Positions 39,455 through 55,000 of a stretch of DNA of 64,000 nucleotides are shown one piece after another. The position numbers and the translations under genes were made by a program. Below the pieces are notes generated by a model. That model did not search any database. It worked only from the letters and a program-made list of their open reading frames with translations, and had not been told where the DNA came from. Source of the DNA: Amoebophrya sp. A120. Lineage: Eukaryota > Protista > Dinoflagellata. Every line of letters starts with the position of its first letter. Position 1 is the stretch's first letter. Where the stretch lies: positions 1,237,495 through 1,301,494 of the forward strand of contig CAJINV010000015.1 of assembly GCA_905178155.1 (NCBI GenBank), written 5' to 3'.

Positions 39455-42400
39455 TTGGTTTTTCAACAAAAATCTGTCATATCTGGTGGGAATAAAAAAT
39501 TTTCTCGGGGAAAACGTATTTTTCAGGATTTCTTCAAAATGTTTTAGTTCTGCGCCAGACTCCAGATACGCACAGAAATCAAGAACATCGGTTCAACATC
39601 TACTGACTTCTGTGCGCGGGGGAACCTCCGTGTTGTAAACTAAAGTACTAGTAGTGTCAGCTGCTACCACTTTTTTCCGAGGGGACGGACGGCGGGAGAG
39701 ATAGGTAAGCCTCCACTGCTAAGCAACTACCGCTTATTCATTTTGTAACAGAAAGTCCTAAATTTTCAAGCAAAAAAGTTGCAAACAAATTTTGTATGCT
39801 CCAGAATTCTTAGGGGGGTGAAAAATGTTTCGACGTTTTGTTTCTGATGATACAAAAACTGGTCGGTGGGATGAAAAAGCTAATTTTTATTGGGATTTCA
39901 AAGAAAAATCTTGTTTTCTTGAGAAGAAGACGGTGGACGAGCACGTGCAATTAGAAAGAACGACGACTTGTACGAAAGTGGCGGATGTACCTCTGAAACA
40001 GGACGATTGTACCGATTGAAAGCTTCCAAAAAGAATGATGAAAATGAGGACGACAACAGACTAGAAGAATCTTTTCCATGAAAATAACGACTCAACCGAC
40101 TGAAACCAAGTACTGCCCGGGCTGCTTGTGTAAAACGACACTTGTTTTGTGTCAAACGAACGAGAGAAACCACATCACTGTTTTGTGTAAAACGCGGAAC
40201 CGACGAGAGAAACCACATCACTGACCGACAACACAATCAGAGATACTATAACCCGATGTAAGTAAAAGCGGAAGAAAAAGTCACACCGTCTCCCAACAAT
40301 TCGGCAAACGAACGAACAGCACACTGTATACGGAAAGACGCTCTGTCAAAACAGGCACACTCTCCTGCGCCACGGTAGTTGGTGAACTCGTCCAACTACA
40401 TCAACTACAGCTGCGGGGGATGAATTTTGATGTTCACATACTTTTACTATAGATTAAACAGAGTTCATTTACTGAGAAACGAGCGAATATCAAAGTTGAG
40501 CACTGTCATCTAGAAGTTGCAGCACGAGCTGCAAGAGCTCGCTCATGCGACAGTTTGAGCGGCAGGAGTAGTCCTGCGGTAGAAGTTCTTTCGATCATTC
40601 TTTCTGTCTGTTCTAGAGTCTTTCTCGACTTCTTTTTGTACTTAGTGGAAATAAAACAGGAATAGCACGGCGAATAATTATCAACGGGACTAGAAATAAA
40701 TTTAGAAGGACGCTGCTACCACTCGTATTGCTTCTGTAATTATTAGGTCACAACAGTTGTAAAGAGGAAGCTACTTGTTCTGCTGGTGGTGCTGGGTGGC
40801 GGAGGTCGTGGTGGTGGTGCACCCCTTTTTTAGGAGTTCTCGTTCACCTCCTCTCCTTTGACATCTGGTGCTGTTGATGTCAGGTCGACGTTCGAGAGGC
40901 TGTTGTAAAAAGAACCAGGACTTCTCGACAAAACCTGCCAGTCCGTCCTGATCTAATTCCATTGCAAGAATTCTTCTATGGAGGTGGTGTACTGTTGAAG
41001 CAAGGTGGAGGTTGTTTACAACTGGTTTTTTATTGAGGGATAGTAGAAAAGAGAGTCCTAGAAGTAGATAAGTTCTGTCAACCTGCGCGACGATGTCGCT
41101 CGTCTCTGGGTCTGCTTCGCTTTCGTCGAAGTCGAAACAAAACCCCGTACGCAGGTGAAGTGTGTGGCTTCGAGAAATAGATTTTGCTTTTTAACAAAGA
41201 GAGTCCTGCTAAAGACATGGGTGAACTTGAGTTCATCTCGTACTTAATACCAAATGAGGATTCGAAAGAAAGCTGATGACGTTTTTACATATTCATATCA
41301 AACCGACGCTGCACCTGCTGCGCTGTGGCCCGCCCCCGCCACTACACACACTGCATTTGCGCTGTTTCGTTGCATTATCGTCTTCTGCTGGTAAAATTGA
41401 ATTAAGTATTGACTTTATCTGACTGAAATTTCTTAGCTGTTGATGTTTCGAAGGTATTGATGATTGACTGTTTTTTTGATTTTTAGCGTGAAGTTTTTTT
41501 TTTTTTTTTTTTGCCAAGGGAGGACTGGATCAAGCATGGACAGTGGTCCACTTTCCTGACTACTAGAAAAAAATCTTACTCATTCGCAAAATGGTTCTGC
41601 TCAGGATCTCATTGTTGGTTGCGCCAGCAAGGGGGATAAAAATAAGGCTGGTACGCGGATACAGGTGCAAGGTGTCACAGTGTGCCAAGCAGATTCAGAC
41701 CAGAGGCGCAGCACCCCCCGCGCCCCGGCCGGGCCCCGCGCGCTCCCCTTCCTGGTCTGGCCTCACTGGATGAAGGGAACGCAGGGTCTGTCTTGTTCTG
41801 AATCTGCCTGCCAAGCACTTGACGTTCACACCCCCAACAACAAGCTCCCTTTCCTTAGACCGATTTCTCTACTATATAAAATGATCCTCCCGGGGTTGAT
41901 GCCCCAGCCGCACATATAAAACTGAAGCCATTTGCCTTGACGCGAGGCTGTTGCAATCAAGCAACTCATGACCAATAGCCCCTCATACAATGCGTCGCAG
42001 CGGTCTTCCCGGCTAGTGCAGAGCATACTCAATTCACCACCTTTTTTCCCGTCCACTAGCTGCTGCACCTTGTCCGGCCTATACTTATGGAAAAAAGCAG
42101 TAACTGTGCGCAGTTACTGCTTTTCATTTGATACTCTTATCTTTTTACCCTGGGTCTATTTTCCATGCAAGACAGGTTTGAAACAGATTGCGGCCTCCCC
42201 CCACCTGTATTGCATACCTATCAAAATACAAACTGAAGCACATTGATTCTGGCTTCTCATGCTTGACTAGCAGCAGAGTCGTTTTTCTTTGAAAACTGCA
42301 ACAAGTCGCCCACGATCCACCGACGCAATGGCCCAGAAAGCAATCTGTTTCTCCCCTGTGTATAATGTCCATCATGTAAAAACAAGATCAGCAACACACA

Positions 42401-43084
42401 CCCTACAAAGAGAGTGTGTGCTCGACCCAGGGCAACTAGATTTGTCGGACTCCTATCTGGTTTCTTGCGCGCTGGTTGCTGATAAAGTCCAGGAAGAGCT
42501 TGGCCTCATTTTCAAAAAAATAGAATATTACGGAACAGAAAAACAGAGCTTGCCTACATTTTGGAAAAAATTGGTCATCTTCAAGGATGCGCCTCCCCGT
42601 CAACGGGGAGGCGCTCGCATCTTGTTCTTCAGAATATTTTTCTTTTGCTATTTTCATGTATATCTTCAACCAAACAGACAAACACCTTATAGCAGCAGAG
42701 GACGTTGACGAACGAAAAATACGCATCGCAGATTAGAGATAAACACGCGCTTACCGATTTATATTGTAGTACCTAGACCGAGTTGAGTTCGAGATGTAAT
42801 TACGACCCTGTCTAATGTTTACGACCCTGTCTAATGATTACGATGATTTTTAGTGTGAAGTTGTGAAGTAAATTCGTAGTTTTTGCTATAGAAAGAAACT
42901 GATGGTGAAGTTGTTCGTGTAGTACTATTTTGCGTTTCAGAGGTTGTAAACTAAGATGATATTCTTTAAAGTGTGCTACATGGAGAAGCACTGTGTCTGC
43001 TAAAGAACTAGTAGTGGTTCTACTCTCCGTTTTGTCGTCCTTGCTGTGGTGTACGTCTGCTATTTCTCGTCTCTTTCTAGCAAA

Positions 43085-46000
43085 CTACGCCACCACGGCA
43101 AATACGGAACTTCCAACCGCCGCCAGGAGCAACATCCACGGAATCTGTTTCGCGGCAAAGGCTGCGCTGGCCTCGGCGTCGTCCCCGTTGCCACTGGAAG
43201 CACCGCTGGCCGCGGGTGCGTCGCCCGCATTGGCGGCCTATGGGAGTGCACAACTCCCCCTCCCCCTCATTTGTATGGCATGAACAGCAATTTAAGTGTC
43301 GGCACGAATGCAGGTTTTGCATGGCAAATTCACCCAGGATTGTAGCGATGCATAGTAGTCACAGGAGGGAAAGTGTGGCAGTTGTGTTTTGCATGACAAA
43401 TGAGAACGAGGGAGACGAGTTGTGCATTGTCATACGGCCAACTGCCCGTGCACAAACCCCGGAACTGGAAAGGCTAACTTCACGCTGGAATCGAACGCAC
43501 TGATGCAGCCCCCGCTACCTTCGCACAAAGACACCGTCCACACCTGGGCAAGAATTTGAATTTCGATAATTTAACATTAATGTCGCGGTGCAGATAAAAT
43601 GCAGAGATCAATTTTCGCAAGTGCATACTTAGTTTCCACAACAACGTTATTGTGGAACACCACCCACAACACGGACAAACCGGATTCGGAAAAGTTATGA
43701 GCAGCACACGACAACACGCACAGCATCTGAAGACAAACTGAGACTGTCTCTAGTGGCAGTGCTAGAGGCCTGGCTGAATGCAATGAATGCAAATGGAAGA
43801 AAAAAAAAACGACTTTTCAATATATTTTTACGTTGTAGGGCGGTATCTGTGCTGGAACCACGGCCTGGAAAGAGAAGGAATAGGTTCCCTGTTGCTGCTA
43901 TCCCCTGCAAATATGTTGCCTAGGTCTGGATCATCAGACCACAGTGTAGATCTGAAATAAGTTGTACCATGCATCATGCTGTTTTCGCGTGACCAAGAAG
44001 GTCTCCGACATGTTGGACATGCAAGCCCTAGAAGTAGCATGACAGGCTTTATGGAGATGACTCTTCCATGCCTCAGCTAGTACCTTTTTCAGTGACAAAA
44101 AATCGGCATCAGCTTTTCTTCCTGTTCATGATGCATGCGAAATTCTTCTCTATGTGAACAGTACGCATCAACAAAAGTCTGCTGGGTTTGCTTCTTTATT
44201 CCAGACCCAGATCGAATATTATATATTTGCATGGCATAGCTGCAGCCCGGAGGGATCCACGTCTGGTCCCGTCATCAGCGAAATCCTGAGCCGGTCCTGC
44301 TGTGTGGAATCCAGCCATCTGGGCACATCGTCCTCATCCATGACCAAGGGCATACCGCCCGGCTGTCCGTTCAGTGCGGTTTTTACCTCGGAAAAGCTGA
44401 CGATGGTGTGGAAAAATCCCTCGGGAAAATTTATGCAATACAAATTTCCCGTACATAATGTACAAGAAGCATCACAAATTTCACCACGTAGGAGTCGTGT
44501 GCAGCCACTTTGTCAGGCTAAACCAGAATCGAAGCTCAGTTTTGTCATGCAGAGACCGCATGTGCACCTGTACGGAAAATTTTCTCCTGTGGATAAAATT
44601 GATCAACACCTCACCGAGGTCTCGCAGCGACCGGTCGCGGATATACATTGCAAAAAGATAGTCTGGGTCCTCAGGAGCGATGCAGCTTGTCATGCGGAGT
44701 CTCGACCACAGGCTTTTCCGTGTTGCATGCTTAGGCTCTTCTTGCTAAGCAAGAAGCCGAATTTCTCATGTGGTGCGTGAGATGTATGACAAATCTTGCA
44801 CTCTTCCAAAGGAACCAGACAAGTACTTTGCACTTGATAGCCAAAGGAGGTTGTTGATTCGTACACGGTGAACGCTACGGTCATGTCCGACTTCTTGTTG
44901 GCGTCTGCTCGGTTCCAGCTCAGGTCGGAGACTGAAAATGAATTTTTATTTTTGCGATCCTAGGCACGACGAAGTTGGACACCTCTCGTGACTTTTGTCC
45001 AGTGAGGAAAGAGCGACAAACTAACATTCTCATCATCGTCATCATCATCATGTTCTAAAAATCATTCAAACAAACGAAGACTTCTGTACAGCGAATGTCG
45101 ATCCCGCTAAGCATTTTCAGGCCTTCTCGGTCCATTGCGGCATCCCGCACTTCTTTCTGCAAGTCGTAGAGCAACACAGAGTATGGAATGCAAATATGTC
45201 TGGGTCTGGATGAATGCAGATGTTTGTCATGCGCAGTTTGCATAACCCCTGGCGTCTGTGATGCATGCCCTAGCATCGCAGATTTTTCAAGGGCTTCCTG
45301 ATGTTCATGCCGCATGAGAAATGCCCTCTCCGCGTAGCAAAAACTTGATCCCTCTACAAATTGCAGTTCATGCAATACGAATTCTGTGTAGAATCCAAAG
45401 GCAGCATCACAAGTTGGCATCCTTCCAGACCCAGACATATTTGCAATCCATAGAGAGAACCGGTTGTTCACGGGTGTGGTCTGCGGCACCATGGTTCGCA
45501 TCGAAAACGCGTACTGTGCAGCGGGTAAAGTAGACGACAGTTTCAACCGCACCTGGTTGTTGCCCCCCTGCTCACACTTCACGTCGCCGATGAGAGAGTA
45601 TGACAGTGCACAACTACTCCCCCTCGCCCTCATTTGTATAGCTGCAGGAACGGCAATACAAGCATCAGAAAGAATGCCGGTTTTGCATGACAAATTTGCA
45701 CTATATTGCGATTGTAGCGATATTAGGGCTACAACCAGAACTTGTCATGCAAACAGTGCCAAGAGGCAGAGCCAGGATTTGGTATTTTGCATGACAAATG
45801 AGGGGCAGAGGGAGTTGTGCACTCTCATAGAGAAATCGGCTTCAGATTTCCGTCCTCGCAGTTCACCTCGAACGCCTCGGGGACTAGCACCAGAATCGTT
45901 CCCCCGCCCTCGAGGGTGATGGAGGATTTGAAGCCTATGGTAATCTCGGACTCGACCCCCGGCATATCCTGTGCAAAAGTATCGTACTCGTACTAATTGC

Positions 46001-49000
46001 GTTTATGCATTACAAATCTTTTTCTTAAGGCAAATCCGCATTACAAATCCGCATTACAAATTCAATTTGTAATGCTAAGCCAATTTGTAATGCAATCTAT
46101 ACTAGTACGAGGCTTTTGCATTGCATACGGCACCGCGGTGTACAAAACTGTGGTCTCGGCCATTTGCTGTATCGGGTACCCGATGGGGTCCTCGCCCCAC
46201 GCGACGATGGCGTTGGATACGGAATATCGCAGGAAAAAACTATTTCATCACTGTGATGATTTTGCAAGATCTGCATCACAAGCTTGTTACACATGGCACA
46301 GAAAATCTGTCATGCGCACTTCCCAAGGGAAAACGCCCTTAAAATAAATCAAATGTCTTGCATGTGTAGCAAAACAAATAGTTTTGTGCTCCATTCCATG
46401 CATCACAGGCTCACAGTGAAACAGTTTTTTCGTTGGATACGGAATCCTCCCCGATCACAAACCAGGCCGTGGGCACGGGCGTTTTCCTGTATCCTGAGTA
46501 AAAACGTCCCCACACCAGAGTTGTCATGCAATTCTGCATGCCAAAAAAGTTTCTCATGCGGAGCCCTATGAGAAGTATTTTCCATTCGTGCTTTGGAATT
46601 TGTGATGCTAGAATCAGCACGATGTGCTAGATCTGTCATGCTTCTGAGCTAGCGCAATAGGATTACACTACGAGGACAAGCTTGTCATGCCAAACAACGA
46701 AAGCTGTGTGATTTGTCTAGCAGATTTCCCATCTTGACTATGGTGTGGGGACGTTTTTACATAGGATATCCTGGGCGGCACCATCAGTAGGTCTATGGAC
46801 ACTTCGGACTGCAGCCCGTCGGGCCGGCAGGTGCAGAGCGCCGTGTTTCGGCTCGCCATGGGTGGCCCCTGCCGACACTCCAGCACGTCGAGACTCGAAG
46901 TCAGCAGCGAGTTTCCCTCAGTAAAGTTGAAGTTGCTCGGCGCCACGATGTATGGATTGCAAATATGTCTGGGTCTGGAAACTTGTAATGCTGAGTGGGA
47001 AATAGTGACTGCTCTGCAATGCACAGCCTAGCATGAGAAGTACTTTCGTGCCTGAGTGTTGCGGTTTCCGCATGACAGACTGCGTTTTTGCATGACAAGC
47101 AAAAGGATCTCTTCTTAGCCGCGCATCACAAGCCCCTCAGTCATGCCAGACAAGCATGACAAACCCTGCCTCCTTCCAGACCTAGATATTTTTGCAATCC
47201 ATACGATGCGCAACCGGTTCGGGGTCGCGGCTGCGGGGTTGATGCGCACGCGGGTGTATCCTACGCAAAAACATCCCCACCCCAGAGTTGTCATGCAAAT
47301 TTGCAAGCACAAGAGCATTTGCAATGCGCATCCCCATGAGAGGCACTCCCCATCGTGTTTTGAAACTTGTAATGCTGTAAACAGGATAAAGAGACGGATT
47401 TGCTATGCGAATTCCCTTGCTATGCTGCACTACAGTACAGCCCGCAACTTGTCATGCGTGACCCCCAAAAGTTCTAGGTTTGTGTTGCAAAATCCCCATC
47501 TTGACTCTGGGGTGGGGACGTTTTTACACGGGATAGGGTGGTCAGCTTCGCCAAGGGCGGGCTCCCACCGGGCGCGGACGCCGTGACGGCGATTTTGCCG
47601 ACCAGGTGGAACCCGCCCTGGTCCCCGTCGTTCGTGTTGGACGGGAGGCACTGGATTTCCGTCAACACGGCGATCGAGGGGTCCAGTTGCTGCGGCTGGC
47701 ACTCCGGAGCCAGCGTGCTCTTCCACGACCTGGTCTCGATTCGCCAGGTTTCTCCGGGCATGGTATGGATTGCAAATATGTCTGGGTCGGGAAGATTCGG
47801 GGAGTCTGTCATGCACAATTGTACATGACCCGCGATGCCTGTGATGCATGCTGTAGCATCACACACAGTTCTCGCAAAGCCTTGCTGATGCCTATTCTGC
47901 ATGAGAAATGCCCTCTCCGCTTGGCAAAAATTTAAAGGATCTCTTGCTACTTACGCAATACAGGTTTCTCTATCGTCGACAGTTAGCATCACAAATCCCA
48001 TTCTTTCCAGACCCAGACATATTTGCAACGCATACATGGTGGGGGTTTGCATGAACACCGTGATCACGTAGTGCGTCTCCTTTTTCAGGGTCTCCTGCAA
48101 CTGCACGTCGATCTGGCCCCCGCCGTAGGAAATCACCGAGAACGACACGGCCGTGCCGACTTTCTTGAACATGCTATCGATCATCAGGTGCTCGGCATCG
48201 TACTCGTGGATCGCGAAATTTTGGTTCATATCCTGTGTAAAAACGTCCCAACCCCAGAGCTGTAATGCAGATCTGCATGCTTAAAATGTTTCTCATGCAG
48301 AGACACACGAGAGGCGTTTTCTAGTGGCGACTTGAGATTTGTCATGCCCGAGTCAGCACTACAAGCCGGATCTGTGACGCTACTGAACTAGCTCAACAGG
48401 ATTACACTACAAGGCCAAAGCTGTCATGCGCAACAGCCAAAGCTTGTTGATTTGTCTAGCAGATTTCCAATCTTGACTGTGGGGTGGCAACATTTTTACT
48501 CAGGATACTTCATGATTTGATACGGCGGTCCGGATACGGTGAAGTAGGACCCCGCGGGGGCGTCCGTGGACAGCATGATGAAGAAATCCGCATAGGCCGG
48601 GCTGTCGATCCGCATGGGCAGCTTTTCCTTGATCGGGTACTGCACTGGGTGCATGGAAAACCCGGAGTACAGGCGGGGCGTGCGGTATGCAAGAAAAAAA
48701 CTGTGGAAGTGTAACTCTGTAATGCAGAAAATGCAACAGACTTACACTTGTCATGCCAGACAACCATGCAGCCCTCTTTTCATGTGTCTTTTCCCTTACA
48801 AGCCACGCATGACAGGTTTTCTCTGTCATGTGGAGCAAATTTGTAATGCTGCCAACCAAAGAAAGTTACACTAACACAGTTTTTTTCTTGGATATGCGGA
48901 AAGAGGAGATCTTTCCGGGCTGGGAAAACCCATACTGAAAACCGAGCTTTTCGTCTTTCGTCACCCCGTTCAGAAGCCTGTGATAATATTTTTCACTTAC

Positions 49001-52000
49001 ATGTGGTATGCACGACGGCGCATGACAAACTTTACAGGTGATAGGTGCCCCTGCATTACAAAAAAAAAAAATTATCAAATCAAAACTATACGTCGTGATG
49101 GAGAAGATCGTTGGCGACCCAATGGCTCCAAGTTTCACCTCCTGTAAGTGAATGACCGTCGTCGAAATTACCGCCGGATTTATGTTTGCCCGGATGGAGA
49201 TCGTAGCACCTTGGTGTTTGTGGTTTCTTCTGAACTTCGTATAAATGCATTTCCTCAGCATGAGAAATAAAATTTGTAATGCGGATTTACCTTAACAAAA
49301 GGATTTGTAATGCATGATTACCATCCACGGTTTTGATCTCCTGCCCGGTGACGAGTTTTGCCAGCGTGAAATCGAATCCCGCCGGGGAGTCCGCGGTTAG
49401 TCGAACCTCGTTTGCCACGCTGACCGACACAAACCGAAATTCGATGTCAGACCTGGACCCCGCGGCCCGGTTGGCGTTTGGCAGCAGGCCGAGCCGGATC
49501 TGCACGCCCATTAATTGCGGCAAAATCTGCCAAGACTCCCAAATGTCGCTGGCCATCAGCTGCGGGCTCCCGGCAGTGTCTTTGGTCAGCAGAAGCGGGT
49601 CCAGCTGCAGCAACGACTCGGCGACCGTGGCCGAAGTTTTGGCCGCGGTGCTGTCTATAACGCTCCCAGCTGTTACAATCTCAAACGTTACAGTAGAATG
49701 TGGAAATCTGTGATGCAGGAAGTGCATGCACTACCGTACAACCCATAGGTTTGCGCATGACAAGTTTCGGAGCCCGAAACCCAATTGATATCCGGCGAAA
49801 TTTGTATTGCGAAAGGCGCAAACCTACATACGTTCCTCATGCTTTTCATGCAAGACAAAATCCAGATTCTATTGTAACGTTTGAGATTGTCACGTTTGAG
49901 CAGGTCATATTGTCGTAGACGGTTTTTTTGTAATGGTACACGCGCCAAAAGTTATCGAACAGCTCGGGAGTCGCCGGGGGGTTTACCGTGTTAATTCGGA
50001 ATTTCACGGCGGTGTCCTTGGGCACGGTGAAACTAACCACATCCATCACGATCAGATTTTTGTAGCAAAACACCGTCGATTGGGGGCCGAGGTAGAGCGC
50101 ATCGACTATCACAGGAAGAAAGTGTTTCACTGTAAGCATTTTGCAACTTTTGCATTACAAGCTTGTTCCGCATGACAGAGAAAATTTGCCATGCAAGCTT
50201 CTTTCCACTTTGTGCAAATGCTTCTGTGTTCCATTTTGCGCATTACAAGTTTACAGTGAAACAGCTTTTTCTTGCGATATCGACCGGGTCAAATTTGAAC
50301 TCGTTGCACTCTGTGTTGTGCACTGCCGTGCCTGATATAGAATTTTGTTCAGGTTCTTCATCAATTCTTCGACGCATGCGAAACTTTTTTTCACAACTTC
50401 TCATGCGAACAAACATAGCAATTGTCATGTTGTCTACAAACAGGAATCGTCGAAACACAACCAGCTTGTTAAAGAACCAACGGCAAAAAAAATCATCATC
50501 CTGTACTTCCGATCAGCTGTTTGGTCAATTGAAAGGTTGTGGGCGCGATATAGACCACCTGGTGTCCGGGGTCCATCCTCACTGGGCTTTCGAAGTGGAC
50601 AAACAGGTTCGGAATCGCGGTCATACCGTTCCTATGCATTGCAAATATGTCTGGGTCTGGAAGGTTGGAACTTGTCATGCTAAATCTGAATCATGTACTT
50701 AAAAATCTGTGCTGCGTGATTACCAAAAGCTGGTGTCCACTTGTGACCTAATCGAGATGCAGTTTGTTCTCATGCAGAATAGGCATCATAGATAGAACTA
50801 TGTATCACAGAATCTGTCATGCTATGTCCTACATACCAGACCTCATGGGTCATGGAAAACCTGCATGACAAGTCTGGCATTCTTCCAGACCCAGACTAAT
50901 ATTTGCAGTTGATAGTTCCGGATCGGCTGAAACTGGGCGTTTTCGTTTCGCATATCGTAAGGAAAAATCCCCCCTCCCCATATTGAAAAGGTATGCTTCC
51001 GAAAATTTGCATTGCTGAATTGAGGTAACAAATCGCATTTGTTTTGCAAGAAGACAAGGGCAGAAGCTTCCGCCCTATTATGGAGGCGGTTTGTCATGCT
51101 ATTGGGCCGAAAGGGGAGTCGTTTGCCGTGCTGAACAACTAGACCCATACGCCCCTACCTAGCCTGGGGATCTGGCCGCAGTGCCTCTCTGCAATACAAA
51201 GCTGATTCGTGTACACAAATCCAGCATCAGAAATTCCGTTTTGATACGGGGAGCGGGGATTTTTGTTTCCGATATCGCAGGAAAAACCGCTTCATCACGT
51301 GGTTCACCTCGTACGCCGGTATTCTCATCTCGTCTAATTCCGAGCCCGCGCGCATGTCCTCGTAGGAGTAGGACACGACGAAAAACTTGTAAAGAAACTC
51401 CTCCAATGCGAGCAAGGGGTTTTGCACGTCCAGTTGCAGCTGAGAGTATTTGGTGATGGAGTAATTTCATTCTGCTATTGCGTAAGTTAAATCTCAGAAT
51501 CGATCTGCAGCGAGACTTTGTCCTCCAAAAATGCGAAGATGATAGCGATAGCGAGTGCTGTAATTTTCTTTTTCATCATGACCACATCACAAGTAAAGTG
51601 TCAAAAACTCGTCGTGCGAAGAGCTCTTTTGAAGAAAAAAAACAGTACATTCATTTCCGTACCCTGTATTTCCGGTGCGCCATGAAGGCCTTGTCACTGT
51701 TCAGGTACAATAACAAGACCCGATCCGGCCCAATTTGCCCATCGTCCGTTGCCGGAACCGCGGCTTGCACTCGGCACCGGATGTCGTTGGCCGACCAAAA
51801 TTCCTCTGCCAGCTGGACATCCTCCTTATCCACGGTGATCACATGCGGCCCAGCGTAAATGCTGATTCGGTTGCAGTATCGTAAGGAAAAATACCCCCAC
51901 CCCAGAGTTCTTGTCATGCTGATGTCCAATGACAGGAATATTTGTGATGCGCGTACCCATGATAGGCATTTCCAGTCGTGTTTTGAAATTTGTAATGCTG

Positions 52001-55000
52001 TAAACAGGATAAGCAGATGGATTTGTAATGCGGCTGCCCACGCTAATCTGCACTACAGTACGAACTGAAATCTGGCATGCGTGACCCCCAAAGCTTCTAG
52101 GTTTGTGTTGCAAAATCCCCATCCTGACTCTGGAGTGGCGGATTTCGCTTTGATATGCAGATCCCGTTGGTTTGCGAAAACTTGAAGTCTTGTGGGGCAA
52201 TCAACTTCAAAACACCCCCGGAATTCGGCGTGGGCAGATCGGGGGAGATGGTATTCCGGGGCTTCAAGTCGAATTTCACCGGAATATGCCGAATTTCGTT
52301 GGCGGGCGACCGGGCCGTGGACCTGAGGTGTTACTTTGTTTTCTTCACATCGCGTCTCGAACTTGTCATGCTACTTTAAGCATGAATGTGAACCAACAAT
52401 GTTCATGCAATTGTGCAAGAAAAAACAAAGGGCGAACAAACTGTCAATCTACACACCAGCATAACAAACATCCTCGTAGTAGTACCTCGTTTCCACGTTC
52501 GTCTCTGTGAACGTCCAGAGCACAAAACCCGGCATCAGCTCGTTTACCGAAGACTCGCCGTTGAATTCCAAAGCGTAGTTGTTCTCGGCTGGAGTGAACT
52601 CCGGGTTCGACTTTATCCCGATGCGGAACGCGTACAGCCGGGCCGCTTCCAGATACACCTTGTCCTTTGGCTGGACGGTAAACACCGCGGTGTTTTTGGA
52701 GCCCCGACAGTATGGATTGCAAATTTGTCTGGGTCTGGAAGAAAGGAACCTGTGTTGCGTGTCTTAGATTTTTCGTGTAAAATCTGTATTGCGTGACCAG
52801 GAAATAAAGGAGCCTTCTTTTGTCATGCAAAAGCGCAGCTTCTCATGCGCACTACGCATGAGAAAGTGTCCGAAACATTTGTCATGCTTGGTCGACCCTT
52901 TCAGGGGTATGCTCAATCATCGCCACCCAGCATCACAAGTTTCCAGACGCAGACAGTTTTGCAGGTCATAGACAGTAGGTGATCTCGATATCGGTCGACC
53001 ACACGGTGTAGTCCGCCGGCATGGGCTGGCCGCCGAACACCGTTGTGGGCCGGACCTCCAAGACTGACAAACAGTCCTCGTAGAACAAAAACCCCTCGGG
53101 GGCGCGAATGCTCATGTCGTAGGTAGAGACCACGGGGTTGGTCTGCGGCTTCGCGTCCTTATTGAGTTTGAAAGAGAAAATCAAACTGTTCGGTCGCAGA
53201 GGCCGGTCGTCGCGCCCGGTCGCGAGCCGCACCGGCTCGTCACTAGGTTGATCGAGAAGCAGCAGCCTCGCCTCCATCATTCTCTCATTCACCGGAAAAC
53301 TAGTGGCCGCGATCGGTCTATCTTGCGAAGTATCAAATGTAAAAATGTCTGGGTCTGGAAACTTGTGATGCTGAATGGCGTAGCATGAGGAGGCCACAAA
53401 TGCTGGCTCAGCATGACAAATTTCTGAGCTTTTAGGTGTTGCCTATTCTGCATGACAAACTGCGTTTCTGCATGACAGATAAATTTGTCTCTTGGGTAAT
53501 GTGCATGACAGATTTAAGAGTCATGCCAGACAAGCATGACAAACATGCATTCTTCCAGACCCAGACACTTTTACATTTGATACGAAGACGCGGCGGACGC
53601 GAGCGAGGTGGCAACCTGTAGGATCATGTGTGTTTTTTTATTGCGTGGCTTTGTCTTGTACAGTTTTCTGTGAAGCAGAGACAGCAACAGAAACTAGATT
53701 CGTCATGCACTTTGCAAAGCAAAACACCACAAAAATACCGTTGTGTCGGACGCCGTACTGAAATCCCAGCACATGGTATATCCGCAACTGCTCGACACGC
53801 TTGCCGCCTGCGAGACCGCCAGCGTTGGGTTCTTTGCGATGAGCACAAACCCATACGTCGCCGGCGGTAGCATATCCTGTGCAAAAGTTAAAGTACTCGT
53901 AGGAATCCCAATCATGCATTACAAATCTCCTTCTTAACCTCAATCCGCATTACAAATTTCATTTTTCATGCTGAGGGAATTTGTCATGCGATTTCTACTA
54001 GTGCGATGCTTTTGCATTTCATAGAGCACCCCCTGGGCCGAAGTGATCCGCAGTTCGGGTCGAGTCGCGGTTGTCAGCAATCTCGTCGGAACAGCTCCGT
54101 CGACCGAATCATCTTCTTCCAGCAGTTCTCTCGGCGGCGACCATACGGAGCACGTCGTCCCCGCCGGAAGGTCCACCGTCCCCTCCGGTAACGGCCGAAG
54201 GTTTTCCAGCCCGCAGTTCGCCTTTTCGTACAAATACCCCGTTGGAGAGATCAACACGAGCCCCCCGTTTTGCGGTAGTTGCGTGACCGTCCCGATCGTG
54301 AACGATAACCTGTTCTCCCGGTTCGCGACGTTGGTACTGTACCCCACCGACGCAGACGTCAACGCCCTAATTTTCGGGGCCGGAATGACCCCGCCAAACG
54401 GCCTGGTGGCGAGGGTGGTGCCATCGTAACCAAATTCGACCGTGAAATTTGCCATGGACCCGTGCGGTGCGTAATTCGGCACTTGTACCGGCACTTTGAA
54501 GCCGTAATGTTTGTTAGCGGTGGAGAAGTCGTAGGTCGTTGGGTTCGCGAAATTCAACACGTGTAACGGCCCCACGGTCGGCGCGTTGGTGTGCGGAAAG
54601 TCGGCGGACGCACTGGTGCTGTAAAGCGTTGCGGACGGCCCGGAATTCCGGTAGGCCCACTTAGTTCCCGGCTTCCACTCGTAGTATTGAATGCAAATAT
54701 GTCTGGGTCTGGAAGACTCATGCTGCTTCTGCATGACACAGAAGGTCTGGCATGGAAGTTCTAGCATCACAGATTTATCCGAGAAGCTTCCGCAATGCCG
54801 AATCCGCATGACAAATGCCGCTCGATTTTGGCGACAGAAAGTGGGCAGCTTTGGCTGCCTATGCATGAGAAATTTTTCCGTGTTGTGAAATGCGCATCCC
54901 AAGATTGCATTCTTCCAGATTCAGACACATTTGCAATGCATAGGTAGCCAAAGGGCGCGATAATCCGGAGTTTCACGTTGGTCAGAGTCATGGGCAAGTT

